A DNA stretch of 62,349 nucleotides, counting the filler, from Candidatus Woesearchaeota archaeon (GTDB taxonomy: Archaea > Nanobdellota > Nanobdellia > Woesearchaeales > DATGWN01): the NCBI GenBank assembly GCA_047603125.1. It is 5 parts of 5 records of this genome, joined end to end, with 100 filler letters (N's around TTAATTAATTAA, not from the genome) between each part and the next. Parts side by side here need not be neighbours in the genome. Positions count along the whole stretch, not along the records: positions 26,728 to 53,037 come from JBLKOU010000011.1; 4 more parts are not named here. One strand, written 5' to 3'. The translations under genes and the position numbers were made by a program. Shown here one piece after another: positions 28,597-38,100 of this stretch. The notes beneath the pieces were generated by a model that saw only the letters and a program-made list of their open reading frames with translations, made no database searches and was not told the DNA's origin. Positions within the stretch are counted from its first letter, which is position 1. The number at the start of each line of letters is the position of its first letter.

Positions 28597-31011
28597 ATGA
28601 AAAGGGGGTTTGGAGTCTGTATTCTTATAGTATCTATCTTATGTGTGGGGGTATTCGCCTCGTTAGGAGTAAATGATATTGATAATAAAGCACGGATCGC
28701 CGATTTTAACAATGATGGACGCCTCGATATCCTAGCCTTTTCAGATAGAATTGACTCACGATTAGCATATATCAATCTCTATACTCAAACAAGCACAAAC
28801 ACCTTCTCACCAGCCATACGCCTTGTGGATGAGCAGCTGAAACGTTGTGCGCTCTCATATGGTGATTATAACAATAACTCCTATTTGGACATCGTGTATG
28901 CGTGCTTTAATCAAAGTGATCACATGGTGTCAGGGTTGCTTACAAATAGTGGCGGGACATTTATTCAGGAAGATTTTTTCACAAGTGAGCTTTATACAGG
29001 GCCCTTCCAAACAACAAATAGTCAAATTCTCACATATGGAGATATCTTAGTGTTAGATTTTACTAATAATGGGCATCCCGATATTTTAAGTTGCTTTCAT
29101 GGTGAGGAAAATCTTTCATTGTTTTTATCTGATGGAGAATCGTTCACACAAATTGACTCGGGCATTCCTCGAAATATCTTTAAAAAAAACGGCGAAATGA
29201 CAAATTGTTTTCTCACACCTCTTGACGTAAATGCAAACGGAGTAACTGACATTATTGCATACCAATATGATGCAAATAACTTCTCATTGTTTACAAATCA
29301 GTTTTGTAATGCAACAACATGTCAAGAACCACAAAATGCATTTGCTGCAGTCACAGATGATAATGCGTTTAATCAAACTTATTTTGCCAATAAAAAAATT
29401 AAACATCTGCGAGCTTTTGATGTCAATCAGAATGGATTCAGCGACTTATTTTACATCGCAGATGTGTCTGATTCGAGCGCATCTCCAAGAAATATAACTT
29501 ATGGCCATTTTCTTAATAATGCATTTGATATAGCATATGAACCCGCGCTTACTCCTCCAGTGATTGAACAATTTACATACCAACATGTTTCGCCGCAGCA
29601 TTTTCGTCTGTCGTGGAAGAATTATACTGAAAATCAGGATTTTTACCAAATTCGTATTACTCCAAGTACTTTTAGCCTTATACCAAATGGAAGAACGGAT
29701 CAATTTGCAGCAACATATAATCTGTTGCTGACAAATAATGTCACGCGCTTTGGAGAACCCTTTGTTAGTAGCTATGATCATCATGCCGGATTTGGAAATT
29801 TACTAACCAGAACAGATATCAATCTTTCTATTCAACCTCAATGCTTTAATGTTTCAGCACAAGCAATATCTCGGTCAGGAATGATGGTCAATTCCAGTTT
29901 ACAAGAGTTTCCAGTCATGATTACTGTAGAGGATAATACTTTTCCAATTGAGTTATGTGATGGACTTGATAATACTTGTACTGGCGTGGCTGATGATTCA
30001 TTTACATTTTTTTGGCCAGATGGAAACAATTCAACTATCACATTTGAACGAAGGGGTGAGAGGAATCTCATGGTTGGTCCTACACAAACATTTACAAATC
30101 CGAATAATTTGAGTCAAAATATTACGTTTGATTGTACTTCTTGGTTATTTAATACAAACAATCAAAATTTCTGGGAACCAAGCTCTTCTTCAACTAATAC
30201 TATATCGCCAGGTTCAGGAGGTGCGACAACTGCAGCAACTCAAGTTGAGCAAGAATCTGGTTCTTCTCCTTTTGAGAATCAAGAACCAGAACCCGAACCG
30301 GAACCCCAAGACCCACAACCCCAAGAACCCCAATCACAAAGCCAATCATTTGCAACCAAACCCTTTGAGCAATTCTTTGAAATAGAATACAGAAATGAGA
30401 GAACATATGTCATTGAAACTATTCAAAACATTGAGCGAACCAAAAAAACAGATATAATAATTCGAAAAGAGTTTCCTACAACTACACTACAAAGTGCATC
30501 CCTTTTACAATCACGAACACCAATTATCATCCAACGAGAAAACCCCATTATTGACTTTTTCATAGGTGATCTAGACTACTTAGAACAATATCGAATGCAA
30601 TATTCATTACCAGGCACTATTGAAGAGCATCAAATTAGAGCAGTGCAAACAGTTATGCTCGCAGATCAGCAATATACGCAAGAACAAATAGAACTTTTAG
30701 AACAAGAACAAGAAGAGATAGCAAACAGAGCAGTTAACACAAGTATCACAGAAACACAAGTTGGAGACAATACCGTTTTCACCATCCGTGTGGACTTGCA
30801 AGATGATGTAGACACCGTACGAAATGTTGAAATTGAGCAATACATTCCTAAATGTTTAATTGAAGAAGTCAACGAATTAATACTACGAACAGGTATTGAT
30901 GAAAACTATATCAATAATGTACAAATTAAAGAAGCAGACCCGATAATTGTTTGGACATTTGAGGAACTCAGAGCAGGCGAAGAGTCGCAGTTATTCGAAA
31001 ATCACCTCTGA
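28597..31011 (+). CDS. FG-GAP repeat secreted protein, paralog of the 2852-aa protein, lacking a membrane anchor
   Basis: Signal peptide; DFNNDGRLDIL, DYNNNSYLDIV, DFTNNGHPDIL, DVNANGVTDII repeats; FN3-like segment; ELCDGLDNTC motif; ends shortly after the duplicated block. Confidence 0.8.
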   Translation: MKRGFGVCILIVSILCVGVFASLGVNDIDNKARIADFNNDGRLDILAFSDRIDSRLAYINLYTQTSTNTFSPAIRLVDEQLKRCALSYGDYNNNSYLDIVYACFNQSDHMVSGLLTNSGGTFIQEDFFTSELYTGPFQTTNSQILTYGDILVLDFTNNGHPDILSCFHGEENLSLFLSDGESFTQIDSGIPRNIFKKNGEMTNCFLTPLDVNANGVTDIIAYQYDANNFSLFTNQFCNATTCQEPQNAFAAVTDDNAFNQTYFANKKIKHLRAFDVNQNGFSDLFYIADVSDSSASPRNITYGHFLNNAFDIAYEPALTPPVIEQFTYQHVSPQHFRLSWKNYTENQDFYQIRITPSTFSLIPNGRTDQFAATYNLLLTNNVTRFGEPFVSSYDHHAGFGNLLTRTDINLSIQPQCFNVSAQAISRSGMMVNSSLQEFPVMITVEDNTFPIELCDGLDNTCTGVADDSFTFFWPDGNNSTITFERRGERNLMVGPTQTFTNPNNLSQNITFDCTSWLFNTNNQNFWEPSSSSTNTISPGSGGATTAATQVEQESGSSPFENQEPEPEPEPQDPQPQEPQSQSQSFATKPFEQFFEIEYRNERTYVIETIQNIERTKKTDIIIRKEFPTTTLQSASLLQSRTPIIIQRENPIIDFFIGDLDYLEQYRMQYSLPGTIEEHQIRAVQTVMLADQQYTQEQIELLEQEQEEIANRAVNTSITETQVGDNTVFTIRVDLQDDVDTVRNVEIEQYIPKCLIEEVNELILRTGIDENYINNVQIKEADPIIVWTFEELRAGEESQLFENHL
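30376..30985 (+). repeat. Direct repeat copy A (~610 bp)
   Basis: Near-identical to 37072-37681 (offset 6696); the translations differ only by N/K. Confidence 0.92.
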
Positions 31012-31062
31012 TTAGTAATAACAAACGAAACATTTATAAATAAGCACAGTATTCTTATTTAT

Positions 31063-32013
31063 ATGAAATTAAACTCATCTCTACGAAAAGCTGTAGGTCT
31101 TGGTGCTATTGCAGCTGCTACTATTTTACCAACTAAGCATGTTGATGGTGCTATACTTGTAACATACACTGCAGACCAAAGCGGAATTGTAACAAAGCCA
31201 GTGTATGGTTTATCAAGCACTGACTCAAATTTTTTTTTGTCTGGACGCATTGAAACTGATTCTTTGAGCAAAAATTTTACAGGTAACAATCAAGAATCTT
31301 ATGTATTCGTTAATCCAACTCTTACTAAAGATGCAGCTTCGTTTAATAATGATTATATGTTCCAATTGGGGGCGGATAATACTATTCGTCAAGTACGCCT
31401 TTCTGATGGTGCACGAATTAATATTAATGATAAAATAGGTATAGAAACAGGCAACAACACATTCGGTATTGGATATGATGCTGGGACGAATACTATTGGT
31501 ATTGGACAATTCGATGGTTCACAAATGTCATTTCGAACATATGATGTAGGAACTGGGCTATTAAGCGACCCTATTTCATTTGCATTCAATGCTGCACAAT
31601 ATGGTACGCCAACTGGTCTAGACTACGTTGTCAAAGGCGGTTCACCAAGAATGTTGGTTGGGACAAGGGATGGGCCACCTGAAACAATTTTTGAGAGTGA
31701 TCCAAGAAATTTCGTTCTCGACATGGACGCAGATTCGGGTCTTGTTGGTCAGTATGCAACTATTATGGGATCTACTAATAAACTACAAGATTTGCTATAT
31801 GATAATGGTCGTTTGGTTACGTCGTTTGAAAGAGCAGGTGCGGGATATATTCAAGTAGGCGACTTTACAGTCATCCCGGAGCCAAAAGCTATGGGTCTTG
31901 CAGCTGGTTTAGCTGCTCTTGGAGCGGCAGCTTATATGCGAAATTCACGACGACGTGAAAGACCTGTAAAAGATCTTGAATCAAGTGTAAACACACTTGA
32001 CGCTTACAAATAA
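31063..32013 (+). CDS. PEP-CTERM sorting-domain protein
   Basis: Signal-like N-terminus; C-terminal VIPEP, TM helix (AMGLAAGLAALGAAAYM) and RNSRRRER. Confidence 0.8.
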   Translation: MKLNSSLRKAVGLGAIAAATILPTKHVDGAILVTYTADQSGIVTKPVYGLSSTDSNFFLSGRIETDSLSKNFTGNNQESYVFVNPTLTKDAASFNNDYMFQLGADNTIRQVRLSDGARININDKIGIETGNNTFGIGYDAGTNTIGIGQFDGSQMSFRTYDVGTGLLSDPISFAFNAAQYGTPTGLDYVVKGGSPRMLVGTRDGPPETIFESDPRNFVLDMDADSGLVGQYATIMGSTNKLQDLLYDNGRLVTSFERAGAGYIQVGDFTVIPEPKAMGLAAGLAALGAAAYMRNSRRRERPVKDLESSVNTLDAYK

Positions 32014-32100
32014 AATTTTTTGAGCAATTTTGCTCATGTTCTTCTTTTTTTAGACGAGAAAATAACAATATTTAAATATACCTCTTTTTAAAAGAAGACT

Positions 32101-35100
32101 GTGAGAAAAGGGGTATTCTTAGGGGTGTGTATAGTCTTATGTACAATATTTCTAGCTTATTCTTTTCATTCTCAAGATGTGCTTGATGATTTAACAATTA
32201 ATTACACGTTTACGGGCGATTCTGATTTTTTGTATGTGAATAAATCTATATTCTTTAACGCGACAATCTACAATACTACAAATCCTAGTCAAATTTTCTC
32301 AAATGACACATTTATGTGTTTTGTTAATGTGAGCAGTCCTTTCTCATTAGAAGAAATGAGTTTTACTAATAATCAATTTGTCTTACAAACTGAATTTACG
32401 CAAACAATTCCACTGGCTCAGTATTCGATTTATTGTAATTCGACGCAATTTGACAGTTTTGAAACACAGTCTCACAATTTTACCATAAGCGAACAATTCC
32501 GGCCTATTGTCCGTTCAATTGATTTAGATAATCAAAATTACAGTCTTTACTCTTGGATTGCTCAGCCGGTATATGTTGCGTTTTATAATTTAACACAGTT
32601 TAATCAAAATTCTAATCAAAGTACACTAAGTGATGCTTTGTGTACTTTGGAGTATGGGGGTGTTGAGTTTAATTTATCTGAATCATCCGTTCCAGGAATT
32701 TATGCAAATGACAGTGTTTATTTTGACACTTTTGGAAATCTTTCAGTTTTACTTTCTTGTGAAATTGACTCGCAGATGTATAATTGGAATCAAACTGTTG
32801 AGGTTTTGGAGTATAAGTCAAAGTTTGAGGCGTTTGATTTTGAATTCGGGAGTGCATTTGACTCTGCCGGAAAACCAAATTTGATATTATTTATTGACCT
32901 TTTAATATATTCGCACGACACGCCTGGAAATCATTATTATTCTGTTTTTAATACTACTTTAAATTCATTAGTTGTTAATAACGCAAGTGGTTTAAATTTA
33001 AATACTATTTTTTCAATAATATCTCCATCTAAAATTTTGAATTTTGGAAGTCAGGGTTCTGTTAGTCGTATACATTCTATTTTTAACCAGGGAGATTCAG
33101 TCATTCTTAATGAAAGTGTTTTTAGTAATGCAGCAGGATATTTTTTGACAACTTTGGACATAAATAACGAAGGAGATTTTGAGAGCATGGTTTTTTTTAG
33201 AAATACTTCTGTTCGTCAAAATTATGTTGTTGAAGAATCAGGGATCTATAGAAAATTGAATGCTACGGGCTTGACAGATGGTGCTATTTGTTATGAAGAT
33301 ATTAATAAAAATGGCTTTTTTGATTTATTATTATTTGGCAGTACGGGTGCAGGTTTAGAGACGAAAATTTATTTTAATAATGGAACACATTTTAATCAAA
33401 GTTTAGATCTTGGTTTGGGTTTTCGTCATGGCTCGTGTCATATTGGTAAATTTTTAGAAAATAATGAAATTAATTTTATGATATTGGGGGAATTTTTTAC
33501 AGGTTCTGCGTTCGTCAACCAACTCCTCCTTTTCAACTCAACAGAAAACCTGCTTAATAACCAACCAGACCTAAACGGAAGAATCCCAATCGAACCACTT
33601 TCTCACACAGACATCTTCGTTGCAGACTTAGATAATAGCGGATTAAAAGACATCCTTATTTGTGGACAAAATCAATCAGGAGACTATAAAACCTATTTTC
33701 TCAAACAAAACATGACCAACCCTGGATTTTTTTATGTCCTAGATGAATTCGATCACCCCAATGTTCATAAATGTTCAATCTCCGCCACACATCTGACAGA
33801 CTCAACAGCTTTAGAAATTGCGATTGGAGGAATTGGAGCAGAACCGCAAGACAATCAAATTAAAGTCTATAAAAACATCCCTCCAAGAGCATTACCAAAT
33901 CCACAACCACCAACGATAACAAATCTGAGTTGGAATAACCAAACAAATCAATTATACATAGAGTGGGAACCAACAGATTCGATGCATAGCTACAATCTCA
34001 AAGCCATGTATCTAAATCAAACTGTTATCATGTCTGGTTTTTACCCACTCTCCACACATCCTGCTCAAGGCTATTTAGGAAATATGCGTTATCGAACAAA
34101 TGTAACACTAAACAATATTGAGAACGGATTAGTACAAGTAGGAGTACAAACATTTGATCAAGCACTTCGAAAAAGTGAGTGGTCAATAAAAACGAATCAA
34201 TGTCAACCTCCACAAGGTTCATCTTATTGGATCATAAATGAATATTGTCTAATCTTAAATGAAACGCTTCCTGCACTAAATATAACCGTAACAGAAAATG
34301 GCTTGGTGGATTTTATTAATGATTTTTCCTCACCACAGACAAATATAACGGTTCATGGACAAATTCGCGCCAAACATCTCGATGTTCAAAACATCATTTA
34401 CAACACAACAAACACGCTGACACTAAATACCAGTGCGAGTGTAACTGCTCTCAAACCAGCAAGAATTGAAAAAAGCAATATTACAACACTCATTGCAAAA
34501 GCAAATAGTACTCTTTTTGATTCACAAGTACAACATGTGACTGTATATGATCCGTATCAAGTTAATGATACCATAGCAACCGTATTTTCATATATCAATC
34601 AATTCTCGCAACAAGTAACTGACGTCTTGCAAAATAGTACGGGTGTGTTTACAACCAATACAACTCAAACACTTCTTAGACAAACATTTACTAATAGCTC
34701 AGTAAATCCCAACAATATCACAATTACGTTCACCAAACCCCCGTTATATTACAACAGCACACAAAGTATTCAACCAGAGCCTAATAAAACGATTATTCTC
34801 ACAAGAAATCCTCTGCCCGATATAGGGGTATTTCAATCTAATGTAAATCAAACACTACTGCAACACGATGGAGCACTTGATTTACAAACCTTTTCACAGT
34901 TTCCTAACTTTACAGTTGAAATACCTGATTTGGCAAGAATAAACTGGTTGCATCCTATCAATGTTTCTTTTTTAAATCTCAATGATTCCATACAAATAGA
35001 AGAGAATCTCATATCAGTCAATCATTCTCAATTAAACGCAAGTGCAAATATAACTTTCTTTAATTTAAGTTATCTTACAAAACCTCTTTTATTAAAAAAC

Positions 35101-38100
35101 GGAGAAATTTGTCAAGATTGTCTGAATCAAACATATCAAGACAATACGTTTTCAAGTATTGTTTCTGGTTTTAGTACATATCAAACACAGCAAAACGCAC
35201 AACTCAGTTTTGAAACAACAAGCCTAGCAGTTGTCAATCAAACATTTGATATTCGTGTTCGTTATGTACAATCACAAAACACGAATAACCCCGTAGAAAA
35301 TGCAACCTGCCTGTTTGAAACGAATGACAAAAGTATCCCCCTTTCATTAAACGGTTCTTTTTATACCAATCAAACAATATTTAATACAACGTCTGAATCC
35401 ATTTTTGCAAACATCTCCTGTAGCGCGTTAAATTTTGAGCCACTTAACTTAACACAAGAAATTCAAGTTATTGATAATGGATTATTTTTTGTTCGAACGG
35501 ATGATGTTTATGAAGGGGTAGAAAGATCAAGTGCAGGGGTGTTTGGAAAATACTTGTATTATCAAGGAATCTTAAATAGTATTTTGAAAGAATATATTAA
35601 TAAAACTCTTATTTCAAGCAGTTTTGTTTCAAATATTGAGAATAAACCATTCTCCCTCACAGACCTCAACAACGACGGTCAAATGCAAAAAATTAATCTC
35701 GGCCAGCAAATAGTCAACACACCTTCGGACTGGACGACTTTAACAAATGGTGCATTTATTACCGCCGACTTAGATAATGATGGTGATATTGACATTATCT
35801 ACTGTGGAAACCAACGATTTGGAATCTTAGAAAACAGATTTGCCCAAAACCAACATGACACACTTGAATTTATCAACCACCCATATCCAGAATTTGGTTT
35901 AAGCCGATGTTCATTAGCTTACACGGTTTTTAATAATACAAAGTATGTAGCTGCACAAGGAAGAAACAAATCAGATGATAACAAATTGTTCTTATTTAAA
36001 ATAGAAGAAAATCTCAATCTAACTAACCTTAGCACTACAGCAAATTTAGGTGATGGTGAAATCTATTTTACAAATATTAACAATGATGATAATATAGAAC
36101 TTATAACGACGGGTACGCGTACATCTACCTCAGGCTTTGAAACAAATGTGTTTACAATCATAAATAACAGTCTTCACAATTCGACATTTACTATTCCAGA
36201 ACATTATATACAAAGCTCAATTATATCAGTCAAACTTCAAAATGAAACTTATCCGTTAATTATTATTTCTGGAACAAATCTAGGAGAAAGTGCAGATCCT
36301 CCTCACATCAACGCATACCAATACAACGGCACAGACTTGGAAAAAAGAAACGACCTTATACAAGATGTACCACCATTTTCACGAGGGTCGGCATTTTTTG
36401 CAGACATCACTGGAAATAATCTTCCAGAACTGTTCATAACAGGAAGTGGGACTGCACAACTCTTTACACTCTTTGATACAGAGCATCAATTAGTTGGAGT
36501 ACAACCATCAGCACCACAAAATTTGAGTGCAAGTTATAATCCAACAACACAAGAACTCTTTATAGAGTGGAGTGAAGTACCAAATGCAACCTATCAATTA
36601 CAAGTGGGGGAAACATCAAGACCACATCGATTTGTATCAAGTGCAACAGGCTCGTCAACAAATCCGACACAGAATCAACAAGGTAATATGTTCTCACAAA
36701 CAAATATTACGTTACAAAATATGCCAAATACTTGTTATCAAATACGCGTTCAAGCAATTTCACCATCGTATATTCAAAGTGATTGGCAGATACTTAAAGA
36801 CTACAACAAGAGAAGTGGTTTTGATTCTGCAGGCAAATATGATATTAATTGTGATGGGGATTATAGAGATACAACAGCAGGTGGCCCACCCTCGCCATTA
36901 GATAGAGCAACAGGCGCTGCAATCACCCCTGGGGAACCAAGTGGTGAAGGTACCGTACAACCCCCACCAGAATCAGGATCAGAAGAAGAATCACAAGAAC
37001 AACCACAACCCCAAGAACCCCAACAAACACAAAGCCAAGGGTCATTTATTACCAAACCTTTCGAGCAATTTTTTGAAATAGAATACAGAAATGAGAGAAC
37101 ATATGTCATTGAAACTATTCAAAAAATTGAGCGAACCAAAAAAACAGATATAATAATTCGAAAAGAGTTTCCTACAACTACACTACAAAGTGCATCCCTT
37201 TTACAATCACGAACACCAATTATCATCCAACGAGAAAACCCCATTATTGACTTTTTCATAGGTGATCTAGACTACTTAGAACAATATCGAATGCAATATT
37301 CATTACCAGGCACTATTGAAGAGCATCAAATTAGAGCAGTGCAAACAGTTATGCTCGCAGATCAGCAATATACGCAAGAACAAATAGAACTTTTAGAACA
37401 AGAACAAGAAGAGATAGCAAACAGAGCAGTTAACACAAGTATCACAGAAACACAAGTTGGAGACAATACCGTTTTCACCATCCGTGTGGACTTGCAAGAT
37501 GATGTAGACACCGTACGAAATGTTGAAATTGAGCAATACATTCCTAAATGTTTAATTGAAGAAGTCAACGAATTAATACTACGAACAGGTATTGATGAAA
37601 ACTATATCAATAATGTACAAATTAAAGAAGCAGACCCGATAATTGTTTGGACATTTGAGGAACTCAGAGCAGGCGAAGAGTTTACATTCACATTGCCGGT
37701 TTTACGAGATGAAGATTGTCTTGACCAAACACGAATCCGAACATTAGCACAGGATTTTATTGGTGCGCACTATGAAATTAATCAAAAAAACCTTCTCTTG
37801 TCACTCTTATTGACGGCGGGAATCTTTTTACTCTTTTTACTTCTCTTTACGAGTATTACAAGGGCAAATAGATATGATGCCAATTATTTAATCACGCAAC
37901 AAAAGCGACATGGATTTACAGATGAGCAAATTTTTCATAATTTACAAGAAAACCGCTTTATTGAGATTACTAAAGAGCAGATACAAAAACACAAAGCCAC
38001 ATTTACGCACCACATAACCACTCGAGGAGTGGAAATTTTTATTTTCTTAACACTTGTTATCTTAAACACACTTGATTTTGCGGGTATGATTCCGGGGTAT

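Noticed and set aside
28497..28775. N-terminal extension of the 699-aa minus-strand ORF
   Set aside because: It overlaps the divergent gene and promoter; the signal peptide and TATA box indicate a start at 28496.
30280..30345. Short tandem-like repeats GAACC(A/C/G)/CCCCAAGA
   Set aside because: They encode the EPEPEP/PQEPQ low-complexity linker; no independent element.
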